From contig JBAWCX010000161.1 in NCBI GenBank assembly GCA_049590495.1, forward strand, positions 1 through 34,256: 34,256 bases of DNA, in the 5' to 3' direction. Below the pieces are notes generated by a model. It was not told the origin of the DNA and ran no database searches. It worked only from the letters and a program-made list of their open reading frames with translations. This document shows positions 8,805 through 17,495 of the stretch, in pieces. The stretch is from Candidatus Binatus sp. GTDB lineage: Bacteria > Desulfobacterota > Binatia > Binatales > Binataceae. Position 1 is the first letter of the stretch, and each line of letters starts with the position of its first letter. The translations under genes were made by a program, and so were the position numbers.

Positions 8805-9743
8805 ACTGCCGCACGTTCGCGAAGTTTGTTCGATTTAAGGGCACCGGAGAATCTCAGATTCGTCCGTCAGCAGCTGATTTATGCTCGATTCTCTCTGTCG
8901 AGAACCGAGCCGGTGCCCTTTAGGCATCGTCTGCGAAAAGAGCGTTCGCCAGAACATCGCTCTTCAGACTCTGCCGGTTTGATATGCAGGAAATCGCGCG
9001 GTGCGCGATCTAATCATCATGAAACCGGCAGTCACCACGCTAGTCGTCACAGTCGCAGTCGCGTTAATCTGTTGCACGGCGGCATCGGACGGATCGAACG
9101 TTCATCGCCGAGCACGGCAGTACAAGCCGGCGAACTTCGACGAGACTTCATCGAGCGGGAACCCTCTCAGTCCGTTAACTCTTGCCAAACACTGCGACAG
9201 GCGGAATGTTTGGATCATGGCGAGGTGCCTCTTCGTGACCGTCGCGCTTATTCGTTCATGTTGCGATGCTTCCAGCATCTGTACCCGAAGACGAAATTCG
9301 TCCCGGGTTGGTACCTGCTTCGTTTCGCGAACAGCTACGGGTTGCTCGGTGGCGGCCCTCGATGGATGGCGACCCAACCGAAACGTAAGGGCGCTGAACC
9401 CACCACTGTCACGGGTGAACTACGAGGATCTCCTGTCCCTACTAAAAATTCCGTTCGTACCAGAATTTGAGTGGGGTGCGAGAATCGCAATCGAATTGAT
9501 GCGCGCAAGTGAGACGGGCGGCGATCTGAACCACAAGCGCCCGACCACTGATCGAGATCGAAAACCCTCCGATGCTTAGATCCTCAGACGACCGCCGTAC
9601 GGGCCGCCGCGCGACGATTATTGAGCAGGAGTCCGGGACGAATCAGGCGGCGAGGCGTTCGTAGCAATTCGGGCGCCTCGTCGCCTCAAGCGCGCGAAGC
9701 CGAGCTACTGTAGGAGCAAGCTGCCGGCTCTCCAGCACTGCGC

Positions 9744-9777
9744 TATAATTGTTGCGGTGGCCGCCGCCGACCGGAGG
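9744..9777 (+). promoter_or_regulatory. candidate -10 box (TATAAT 9744-9749) and Shine-Dalgarno (GGAGG 9773-9777) of the Cys-cluster gene
   Basis: A perfect TATAAT lies 38 nt upstream of ATG 9787, and GGAGG lies 9 nt upstream. The -35 is weak (TGCCGG). Confidence 0.4.
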
Positions 9778-9786
9778 TAGCTCTAA

Positions 9787-10632
9787 ATGGGCGATTCGCC
9801 CCGACTTGGCCGAGACAGCCCTTTCGCCTACACATGCAATAAGTGCATGAGCTGCTGTCACGACGCGCATATCTCGCTGGATCCGTACGAGATCGCGCGG
9901 CTCGCGCGCAATCAGCACCTGACTACCGCGGAATTCATCGCGCGCTTTCTGACCGAAGGCGGAATCGTGCTGCGCAATCGCGAGGACACTTCATGCGTTT
10001 TGCTCGGCGCCGACGGATGCACCGTGTATGACGACCGGCCGCAGCTTTGCCGAACATATCCGCTGAAGCGGTTGCGCGGCCGCGACCGAGACAGGTTTTC
10101 GCAGTTTCTCCCGTTCGCGACATCGACAGGCATTTACGGTAAGGACGGGACGGTTGCCGATTTCCTCAAAAGGCATGACGTCGATGACTTTGATGCCGCC
10201 AATGATCGTTACTTCGATATCGCGCTGCGAATTGCAGCGGTGCTGGGCGAAGCCGTGAAACGCAAGCCTGATCGGTTCGCGACAATACGCTCCATCATCG
10301 AGGAGCGAAGCAAGTCCGGCGGACTACGAGCCGGCGAGATCCCCTCGCTCATCGACGTTGACGCCGTGGTTGCCAACTATTGTCGTGAACACAAACTCGA
10401 GATGCCCGCAATGATTCCCGCCAAGATTGCGATCCACATGCGAGCGATCGAGGAAAAGATCGCGGCAATATCCGCACGGCAAAAACATGAGGGGGCGCAA
10501 AACGCGGATGCGGAAAGCGATTTGCTGGAGATGGCGGCGCTCGCGGGCGCACTAGGTGCGGCGACTGATGCTCGCGTGGTGCTGGCGTTCGTCAACGGCG
10601 TCTTCGGCGAGCGGGATTCGAAGACCAAGTGA
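9787..10632 (+). CDS. YkgJ-family cysteine-cluster (CxxCxxCC) protein
   Basis: FAYTCNKCMSCCHD plus the downstream C..C..C (CVLLGADGCTVYDDRPQLCRTYP) is typical of the zinc/iron-chelating CxxCxxCC family. Confidence 0.75.
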   Translation: MGDSPRLGRDSPFAYTCNKCMSCCHDAHISLDPYEIARLARNQHLTTAEFIARFLTEGGIVLRNREDTSCVLLGADGCTVYDDRPQLCRTYPLKRLRGRDRDRFSQFLPFATSTGIYGKDGTVADFLKRHDVDDFDAANDRYFDIALRIAAVLGEAVKRKPDRFATIRSIIEERSKSGGLRAGEIPSLIDVDAVVANYCREHKLEMPAMIPAKIAIHMRAIEEKIAAISARQKHEGAQNADAESDLLEMAALAGALGAATDARVVLAFVNGVFGERDSKTK

Positions 10633-10643
10633 ACGCAGCCGGC

Positions 10644-12557
10644 TCACCGCTCGAGCTTGCCGGAACCGAACATGACGCGATGCCAAATCTCGGTCGCGAG
10701 CGCCATCCAGACCGGGAATCCGTAATCACCCTCGCCGTTCCGATATGAGCCCATCAGAACTTGGAATCCGGACTTCAGTTTCGCCGCGTCGACCCATCCG
10801 CGTTGGGCGATTTCCAGCTTATCTAACGAGATCAGCGCCGCGTTGTGCTTGACGGATTCGAGGACAGGAGCATTGAAGCCCGCCTTGGTGACTCGCATAC
10901 GCACGGCTTCCGGCAAGATCCCTGTCATCGCGTTGCGAACGATATATCGTTCGTACCCGCCGCGGCGCAATTGATCGTTCGGCAATGCAAACGCGAATTC
11001 GATAAGCCGCCGATCGTTAAACGGCCGCCGCGTATCCTGGCCGATCCTTGCGATAGCCTGCTCCACCATCACGGCAGTTACAGGGAGCTCTGCGTGACGA
11101 AACAGTTCGTAAATCTCGCGGTGCGCGATTCCCCGCACTGGGGACCCTCGTTGCTCCGCGATCAGCCGCTCGTAGAGATCGGTACGGCGCACAAAGTCGG
11201 GCGTGACCCAATCCGGGTATGGCAGACGACCAGGGCGCAATCTCCACCGAGCGAATTCGCGAACGGCCGGCGGCAACAGCGGTATCGCCGCAGTCCTGAG
11301 AAATAACCGCAGCCGACCAGAGTGTGTCATCGACCTGGTTTCCGATTGATCGGCATCGATCCGTACCTGCCGAACCAGGGCAGCTATCCGCAAGGAGCGG
11401 AGCAGGTCGGCGTTGTCGTCGATGCAACCCCCGAACCATTCATCGCCGCCTTCGCCGGTCAGAGTCACGCGGGCACCCTTGCGCCTTCCGAGCCGGCGGA
11501 ACCCGAAGCCAGAGGTCAGATTCGGATAATTCGGAAAATCCCTGAACTGCCGGACCTGGGCGGCGAGATCCACCTCGCTGGAGGGCGTCGACAGCTCAAG
11601 ATTGAGCGCGACAGCGCACTTCGCTCCCACCGCCTTTATATATTCGCTCTCGTCGCACAAGAGTCCCGGGAACACTTGCGAGAACGACTCAAATCGATCG
11701 CATCCGGCCGCTCCCTGCTCTTGAAGAATTCGCGCGACGGATACGATCGACGACGAATCGAGGCCGCCACTCAAGTCCGATGCGACCATCCCCGCGGCGC
11801 GCAATCTGCAGCGGACGGCTTCCGTGAAGATCGAGAGGAAGTGGTTCGCATACTCGTCGTCATTTCGATGACGGATCTCGCGGGCGGGATCGAGGTCGTA
11901 GTAGCGTCGGGTGACGAGCCGGTCGCGGCCAACGATCAGCAGATGCGCGGCAAGGAGCTGGTGGATGGAACGATAGAGAGTCGGTTCGGCGCTGTCGGTC
12001 CGGTTGGCGAGGTATTCGCCGACCACCTCTTCATTCGGCTCGCATGGGACGTCGCAGTGGAAGAGTTGATGCAGCTCGGAGCCGCAGACGAATTTTTTGC
12101 GATCCGCATAGTAGTAGAACGGCTTCATCCCGGTCGGATCGCGCGCGCAGATGAGCGTTCTGGTCTGCGAATCCCAGATGACGATCGCGAAGTCGCCGAT
12201 CAGCTTGACGGCAAACTCTTCGCCCCAGCACTGGTAGCTGCGCAGCACGAGTTCCGCGTCGGTGTTGTTGCGGAGTTCGAGTCCCGCGTCAACCAGTTGC
12301 GGCCGCAAGTCGGTGCCGTTGTCGATTCGGCCGTCGAAGACGAGGCGGTAACGCGCCGCTTCGTCCGACCACGGCTGTTGCTCGTCGATCGCTTCGGGCG
12401 TCGCGTGCAACATGCGCTGGCCGAGCGCGACCGCGCCCTCGGCCCACATTCCTCCGCCGTCCGGCCCTCGATGGTTGACCGCGTCGAGCATCGCGGTGAT
12501 CGTACGGATTTCAACCGGTCGCCCGTCGCGGTTGAATATCGCGCCGATTCCGCTCAA
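10644..12557 (-). CDS. asparagine-synthetase-like lasso peptide cyclase (C protein)
   Basis: 637 aa with an AsnB-type fold. The N-terminus is (M)SGIGAIFNRDG with no Cys2 nucleophile. It has the PP-loop motif DLSGGLDSSSIV. It lies directly downstream of a PqqD/RRE gene. The start is TTG with no obvious SD. Confidence 0.85.
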   Translation of the reverse strand: MSGIGAIFNRDGRPVEIRTITAMLDAVNHRGPDGGGMWAEGAVALGQRMLHATPEAIDEQQPWSDEAARYRLVFDGRIDNGTDLRPQLVDAGLELRNNTDAELVLRSYQCWGEEFAVKLIGDFAIVIWDSQTRTLICARDPTGMKPFYYYADRKKFVCGSELHQLFHCDVPCEPNEEVVGEYLANRTDSAEPTLYRSIHQLLAAHLLIVGRDRLVTRRYYDLDPAREIRHRNDDEYANHFLSIFTEAVRCRLRAAGMVASDLSGGLDSSSIVSVARILQEQGAAGCDRFESFSQVFPGLLCDESEYIKAVGAKCAVALNLELSTPSSEVDLAAQVRQFRDFPNYPNLTSGFGFRRLGRRKGARVTLTGEGGDEWFGGCIDDNADLLRSLRIAALVRQVRIDADQSETRSMTHSGRLRLFLRTAAIPLLPPAVREFARWRLRPGRLPYPDWVTPDFVRRTDLYERLIAEQRGSPVRGIAHREIYELFRHAELPVTAVMVEQAIARIGQDTRRPFNDRRLIEFAFALPNDQLRRGGYERYIVRNAMTGILPEAVRMRVTKAGFNAPVLESVKHNAALISLDKLEIAQRGWVDAAKLKSGFQVLMGSYRNGEGDYGFPVWMALATEIWHRVMFGSGKLER

Positions 12558-12593
12558 CGCGGCGCTCTGGAAAGAGTGCAGGTAACAGAAAAG

Positions 12594-12872
12594 TCATTCG
12601 CCACGCGTAACCCGCAACATCCCCTTCGCAGCCAGTTCGTCCACCAGCTTTTCGAAATCGGCCCTGAGACTCGCCGGCTCCACGTCATATTTGGCGAGCA
12701 AAGAATCGATTACGCGGTCGGATAAACCGTACTCCGCGATCAGTCGCCACATTTCACTGCCGGCACCGGTAAGGCCAAAATAATGTTGGCTGGCGAGATC
12801 GAGCATCAGAACCTCGCCGCCAAATTCGCGCCAGACCACCTCTTCAGAAATCTCGATCTTCACGCGTGCCAC
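12594..12872 (-). CDS. PqqD-family RiPP recognition element (lasso B1 protein)
   Basis: About 90 aa. VVWREFGGEVLMLDLASQHYFGLTGAGSEMWRLI...LVDELAAKGML is the PqqD/RRE pattern. The second GTG at 12863 has the better SD (AAGGTGG, 5 nt upstream), so the true start may be 12863. Confidence 0.85.
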   Translation of the reverse strand: MARVKIEISEEVVWREFGGEVLMLDLASQHYFGLTGAGSEMWRLIAEYGLSDRVIDSLLAKYDVEPASLRADFEKLVDELAAKGMLRVTRGE

Positions 12873-12879
12873 CTTTTAG

Positions 12880-13050
12880 CTAGACCCGCGCGCACCGCCG
12901 GTCAGCCCGACGTACCGCACGGGACCTTACCTCGTAGACGAAAGCTGACGCCTCGCCGGGCCGGACTACTTCCGTCATCGCCCGCTCGAATGCCGAGACT
13001 CGTGGACGGTCGATGAGGTACTGGCGATGCTCGTCAAGGATAAGCGACAA
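12880..13050 (-). pseudogene. 5' fragment (first ~34 codons) of a PRMT-like SAM methyltransferase gene
   Basis: A TTG start with a GAAGG SD encodes LSLILDEHRQYLIDRPRVSAFERAMTEVVRPGE and then unrelated sequence up to a stop. It is 87% identical at DNA level to the 5' end of the methyltransferase pseudogene at 32775. Confidence 0.6.
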
Positions 13051-13069
13051 AATTGCACCTTCATGTCAG
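12953..13069. repeat. left arm of 117-bp inverted repeat (partner 32756..32872)
   Basis: Hand alignment of the reverse complement against 32756..32872 gives 102/117 identical with no gaps. Confidence 0.8.
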
Positions 13070-13204
13070 AGTTTAAATTATGCGACACTGCGGATACAAC
13101 GGCCCGCGCGGACCGCTGTCACTTTGACTCCGTCTCCGCTACCGCAATTTGCGATGTTGGTATTGTCGCCCCGGCGAGTCTAAGCTCGGCATCAAGGATT
13201 CAGG

Positions 13205-14158
13205 ATGCAAGGCAGAGTTCGGCAGCCGGCACAAAAAAAGGCGCAGCAACTGCTGTCCGGATTATCACTCTCTAAAGACGAAATTCGTACTCGACTCGCG
13301 CAAGCCTCGAACCCTTCGTATTGGCGGGCTCTGTACCCTCCATTTTCCGTTCTGGAAAACTCTCCGCCGGTTCCCGACCTTCCCGTCTTCGACGCGTCGA
13401 CGGTCGCTCGCTATGGCAGCAGCCTGGATGAATGGGGCTACTTCCGAACGGACACGCCGATCGTGGATAGCCTTACGGCCTCGCTCCTGGAATGTACCGA
13501 GAGCATGCGCAGAGCTGGGTGGCCGCCGGCGTTCGCGTATGTATACGACCAGCTCTGGACGCTTTGGCGGATTGCGCCGATCACGCAGATTCTCACCGCG
13601 GCTCTAGGCCCAGGTTGCAGGTATATTCCGCACGGCTGGTGCCACTACGTGCAGCCGGTGCGCGGCGCCAGCGGATGGCCGCCGCACATCGACGGCAATC
13701 TGCCGAACCGGATGTCGATTTGGATTCCGCTTACCGACGCCACCATCGACAATGGCTGCATTTACCTGGTGCCGAAGGACTTGAATACCTCGGCGATCGG
13801 ACAGCGGCGCGAATTGCGCAAGGCCAGCAATCTGCAGATGCGCGAACTGCTCCAGCGCGGTCGGGCCATTCCGGCGCCCGCTGGGTCGATTCTCGGTTGG
13901 CAGTTCCGGCTTCTCCATTGGGGTTCGACGGCGCAAGGCCCGGGAAATCCGCGGGTCAGCCTGGTATTCGAATTCATCGCGGCGCACGAAGCGCCCATCA
14001 GGAACGAAGTGCCGCTCTATGAGCCTGCGGGTCCGCTCCCGGACTTGTCGCTCAGACTGAATTCCATCGGGCGCGCCATTCGCCAGTACATGAGGTACGA
14101 GCTGAGAATGCGGCGCTACGCCGAGCTTGCGAAAGAGCTCATGGCTCTAAGGACTTGA
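13205..14158 (+). CDS. phytanoyl-CoA dioxygenase (PhyH) family Fe(II)/2OG oxygenase
   Basis: GWPPHIDG (HxD), a distal His in LLHWGS, and IWIPLTDATIDNGCIYLVP are typical of PhyH. AAGGA SD lies 6 nt before ATG 13205. Confidence 0.75.
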   Translation: MQGRVRQPAQKKAQQLLSGLSLSKDEIRTRLAQASNPSYWRALYPPFSVLENSPPVPDLPVFDASTVARYGSSLDEWGYFRTDTPIVDSLTASLLECTESMRRAGWPPAFAYVYDQLWTLWRIAPITQILTAALGPGCRYIPHGWCHYVQPVRGASGWPPHIDGNLPNRMSIWIPLTDATIDNGCIYLVPKDLNTSAIGQRRELRKASNLQMRELLQRGRAIPAPAGSILGWQFRLLHWGSTAQGPGNPRVSLVFEFIAAHEAPIRNEVPLYEPAGPLPDLSLRLNSIGRAIRQYMRYELRMRRYAELAKELMALRT

Positions 14159-14395
14159 ACCACCGGAGGCTTTGCACGTTTAACCCCTTCCTGCACAAGA
14201 AGTCAGGCACCTGCACAAAGGGCGGGATGAAGCGGGATCTGGCGGGAACCTTGCGCCGAATTGCGGGCGTGAAGCGAAAGCGCACAGTTCAAAAAGTCGG
14301 TGAACTCAGACGCGCGCATCTCACCCGAGGCCATTGCGGAGAGTTCGAAACGACTGCACTCCCGCTACACAGTGAAGTGGTGTTTGCCTACAATC

Positions 14396-14977
14396 TCAGC
14401 CGACGTACCGGCGTATAGTACCGAGGCTTGGCTGCCTATCCATTTTCCAATCCGCACTAGGGCCGTTCTGATCCACGTAGTGCAGTGTCACCTGCGCGGC
14501 ATGTTCACCGGCGAAGGGTTCGCGCCAGTGGGCGCACTCGCACCCGCGATAGAGCAAGCCATCCCCGGGCTCCAACTCGATCGCCGAAGATCCTGCCGGT
14601 CCATTGATCCAGATCGGCCAGGGGCGTCGCGCTTGATAACCCAAGCACAGGGTTATGCTGATTTCACATGCAGGCCGATCTGTGTGCTTTTGAACAGCGT
14701 CGTCTTTGCTGTACATGCGAAAATACGAGAAGGTCGGAAACAGCTTCAAGTCTGTAGCCGACTCGACTTCAGGCAGCAAGTCGCCTAGCAGCTCGTCTAT
14801 GACGAAATCGTTTTTGCCCGCCAAGGCGTTGGGTACCTGGGAATCTCCACCCAGCATCGCGCCGTAGTCGGCCAACTTCCGTACGTACTTGTATAAAAGT
14901 GATAGACGCGGATCGGTCAGCAGCGACCGCCATACCGCATACTTCTGATGCGCGAAAGTATCTGCCAAGGCGGTCAT
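14396..14977 (-). CDS. Fe(II)/2-oxoglutarate-dependent oxygenase
   Basis: 193 aa with VQKHTDRPACEISITLCL (HxD), LEPGDGLLYRG..CAHWREPF (distal His/Arg) and QVTLHYV. It is the last gene of the precursor-kinase operon. Confidence 0.7.
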   Translation of the reverse strand: MTALADTFAHQKYAVWRSLLTDPRLSLLYKYVRKLADYGAMLGGDSQVPNALAGKNDFVIDELLGDLLPEVESATDLKLFPTFSYFRMYSKDDAVQKHTDRPACEISITLCLGYQARRPWPIWINGPAGSSAIELEPGDGLLYRGCECAHWREPFAGEHAAQVTLHYVDQNGPSADWKMDRQPSLGTIRRYVG

Positions 14978-15076
14978 TCGAAATCAATGTATGGTTACTG
15001 TTTTTGACGGTCAAACAGGCTTTATGGAGGTGTCGATTTCTCGGAAATGACGGCCCGAATCATTCCCGGCAAACAC

Positions 15077-16165
15077 TCAGTTCAAGGCCAGGTCGGCGGC
15101 TATGGCGTCGCGGACCAGGCGCAGCTTGGAAAGGTCGTTCGGCAGCGAGAGCAGCGCGGCAGGCACTGAATCCACGATACGTCGAGTGAAATGAAACTCA
15201 CGTTCGAGCATAGCGCGATCCGTGCTGTCCAGCCGGATGCTGTGCTTGACCAGCTTCATGAACGCCGCGTGCAGGGGCAAACGCTCAATCAGCGGCCCGC
15301 TGGTGGCAGCAGCGTCGTCATCGCCTCGCGTCAGAAAATAAATCCGCGCCACCGGAAGAGGCTCGAGCGGAAACGCGGTGCCGAAACTCGACGCCGGCAC
15401 GCGCCGCTTGGCGGTATATTCCGCGACCGGCTCACTATCGCCTCCCGGCTTCAGGAACTGTATCCCGTCGTCTCGAAGCTTGATGCTCGGATGCGACGAC
15501 CACGCCACGACGGCACCGCCTTGTTCATCGATCACCAGACAGTCGTCGGTAAGGAAGTCGCCGCCCCCGGCCGCGAGCTGGGCGGCAATGGTCGATTTGC
15601 CTGCCCCGGAATCTCCTGCGAACACGCAAACACCGGTGGCGTCGGTACGAACGGCGGCGGCATGCTGCACGTAGCGGCCCCGCAAGGCGACTACCGGGGG
15701 AATAACGTGATCGAGCAGGAGCGCCCGAATTATCAGATCCGACGCGGGCTGTCGGCGCGCGACGCACTTGATGTGGCGTCCGCCGCGATCGATCGTGAAA
15801 TCCGCGAATTCGTGGAAGCGGAGAAAATATCCATCGCGCGTCCGCGCCCGCGCTGTCCATGGCAGACCATCAGGCAGGCTCTGCCGCAGAAACCATTGCG
15901 ATGGCTCCGGAACGTCGCCGCTGACATCGCCAAGTTCGATAGCGATAAAATGATCGGAGTCACATGCAACGCCGGAAGGCTCGCCAAGTTCCGGAATCAG
16001 CGTGTCGCTGATCAGGGAGAACCCGCATAGCCGATAACGGTACTTCGGCCCGCTGATTCGATCGGGTCGAAAGGGCACGGCGGATCCACCAGCCTGCGAT
16101 TGTGTTCGACGCGGAGGTTCCTGCGGTGGAGGGTCTACAAAACGAATGGGCCCGTGACTTTTCAA
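15077..16165 (-). CDS. HPr-kinase-like (HprK-related) RiPP kinase
   Basis: It has the P-loop FAGDSGAGKSTIAAQLA followed by FLTDDCLVI, as in the HprK C-terminal domain. Its TTG start overlaps the stop of the precursor ORF. Confidence 0.8.
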   Translation of the reverse strand: MKSHGPIRFVDPPPQEPPRRTQSQAGGSAVPFRPDRISGPKYRYRLCGFSLISDTLIPELGEPSGVACDSDHFIAIELGDVSGDVPEPSQWFLRQSLPDGLPWTARARTRDGYFLRFHEFADFTIDRGGRHIKCVARRQPASDLIIRALLLDHVIPPVVALRGRYVQHAAAVRTDATGVCVFAGDSGAGKSTIAAQLAAGGGDFLTDDCLVIDEQGGAVVAWSSHPSIKLRDDGIQFLKPGGDSEPVAEYTAKRRVPASSFGTAFPLEPLPVARIYFLTRGDDDAAATSGPLIERLPLHAAFMKLVKHSIRLDSTDRAMLEREFHFTRRIVDSVPAALLSLPNDLSKLRLVRDAIAADLALN

Positions 16166-16317
16166 CCCTTCTTCTTGGACCCGGGGGCGTCGGGACCGCT
16201 GATAGATTTCGGGGTGGCAGTGATCTTTGTGACGTTGCCGTAGTCCACCAATGTGGGCGGAACGTACTTCGTCAACTTCTGTTTCTTCTTCGCGTCGGCC
16301 GAGCGATTTTCTTTCAC
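16162..16317 (-). CDS. lasso peptide precursor (A peptide), 51 aa, not in the supplied ORF track
   Basis: GTG 16317 is preceded by AGGAG (16325-16329) at 7 nt. Product: MKENRSADAKKKQKLTKYVPPTLVDYGNVTKITATPKSISGPDAPGSKKKG. The leader has Y-17, P-14, L-12, G-8 and T-2 relative to a cleavage site after Ala34. The stop overlaps the kinase start by 4 nt (TTGA). Confidence 0.75.
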   Translation of the reverse strand: MKENRSADAKKKQKLTKYVPPTLVDYGNVTKITATPKSISGPDAPGSKKKG

Positions 16318-16392
16318 CAGAAAGCTCCTCTCATCGGAACCAGCTTGCAGAGAACCCAGCTCCGTTCATGGGGTTTTCCCCCACCCGACAGA

Positions 16393-16422
16393 ACCCTACC
16401 TGTTGCAACCGTGCCATGTCAA
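16393..16422 (-). promoter_or_regulatory. candidate sigma70-type promoter for the precursor-kinase-oxygenase operon
   Basis: On the minus strand: TTGACA (16422-16417), 18 nt, TAGGGT (16398-16393), about 75 nt upstream of the precursor start. The -10 is weak. Confidence 0.3.
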
Positions 16423-16827
16423 ACGCTTGACTGTGCCGCACGCAACCAATGCCTCCAGCGCCGCTTGACGCGTCTACACCAGCCTAGAAATCGCATGGCG
16501 TTTGCAAGCCGCCCGGGGTTATGGAAGGTTTTGAATCAGCTTTCAAAAAGCGAGACTTTCAGGTCGTTGCGTGTCTCGGACGCGAAACCAGGCAAATTTG
16601 ATGTCCAAAGTACACGCCCTCAATGAACTGCTAGAGCATGCCCGGGGCTCTCCGACAAGGAGCTCAGGTTTCGCGACGAACTTGCAGTAAACCCGGCTAT
16701 TGGCGGCAACTTTGCCCGAAGGTTCCAATTGATTCGTCGCCAGCCATGGCTGAGACGCAACCAGTAGATCGTCAGATTGTTGAAAATTGCGCCAATCAAA
16801 TGAGCAGCCTGCGGCTGAGACTCGCCA

Positions 16828-17484
16828 TCAGGCGTCCTTCAGCCGAATCACGGCGAGATCGTCGAGCAGCCGGTCCATGATCTCGCGGCGCGGCGCGGAC
16901 CACCTATCCGAAATCAGATTTCGGTGCTCGACCGAAAAACGCGCATCGTTTTCGAAAACGTCGACGTGAACGCAGTTGTGATACAAAATCCGGATCTTGT
17001 CCTTGCGGGCTGACTGGAGGACCCGTTCCTTGAAGCGGTTCACGACCGACTTCGCGAATGGATTAAACAGAAAAAACAAGGTGCCGTCCGCCGGAAGATT
17101 TTCGATTCCATCGCCGGCGATGATAGTCACGTTGCGATAACTTCGCAGCCGCACGCGCGTATGAGCCGCAATCTCCGGGTCCAGTTCCAGACCTACGATC
17201 CGATTGGACAGTCCCTTGCCCAGCCACCAATTGATCGCTCGGCCCTTGCCGCAGCCCACCACCACCAGTACGTCGTCCGCGGCGATCGCTTCATTTTTGA
17301 AAATCAGCGACATGGCCAGGTAGGAAATGTTGGCGGTCTTCTCTGCGCCAAGTTCGGGGAATCGGGTAGGGATATCTCCGCGCAGGATTTCTCCAAATCG
17401 CAGATCGTATGCGGCATTCCAGGTCAGCCGCATCAACTGATAGAGCCGGAGCCGGAGTTTGTTCATGCGCGTCTGTGGCGCCAA
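16828..17484 (-). CDS. class I SAM-dependent methyltransferase
   Basis: 218 aa with motif I, VLVVVGCGKGRAINW, then an acidic residue in GLELD, and motif-II-like LFFLFNPF. Confidence 0.75.
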   Translation of the reverse strand: MAPQTRMNKLRLRLYQLMRLTWNAAYDLRFGEILRGDIPTRFPELGAEKTANISYLAMSLIFKNEAIAADDVLVVVGCGKGRAINWWLGKGLSNRIVGLELDPEIAAHTRVRLRSYRNVTIIAGDGIENLPADGTLFFLFNPFAKSVVNRFKERVLQSARKDKIRILYHNCVHVDVFENDARFSVEHRNLISDRWSAPRREIMDRLLDDLAVIRLKDA

Positions 17485-17495
17485 CTACCGCCGTG

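Noticed and set aside
8676-9579. Overlapping ORFs downstream of tRNA-Ser (8676..9470 +, 9001..9579 +, 9102..9377 -), considered as hypothetical proteins or a decayed integrase.
   Set aside because: One overlaps the tRNA. The three occupy mutually exclusive frames. None has a ribosome-binding site or a recognisable motif such as the tyrosine-recombinase R..H..R..Y box. I cannot say which of them, if any, is coding.
12880-13050. A 56-codon ORF immediately upstream of B1, the classical position for a lasso precursor.
   Set aside because: Its first ~34 codons are 87% identical in DNA to the 5' end of the methyltransferase pseudogene at 32775. It lacks the YxxPxL leader motif and any Gly/Ala/Ser/Cys...Asp/Glu core. 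It is better explained as a gene stump.
16405-16417. A sigma54-like TGGCAC...TTGCA on the minus strand upstream of the precursor.
   Set aside because: The spacing is GG-N7-GC rather than the required GG-N10-GC, so it does not fit the -24/-12 geometry.
16470-16827. The 360 bp between the methyltransferase and the precursor promoter, considered as a regulator gene or small RNA. This includes ORF 16543..16728 on the minus strand and a TTGACG..TAGAAA pair on the + strand.
   Set aside because: The ORF has no features. The + strand promoter-like pair has only 14-nt spacing. No convincing structure or repeat was seen.
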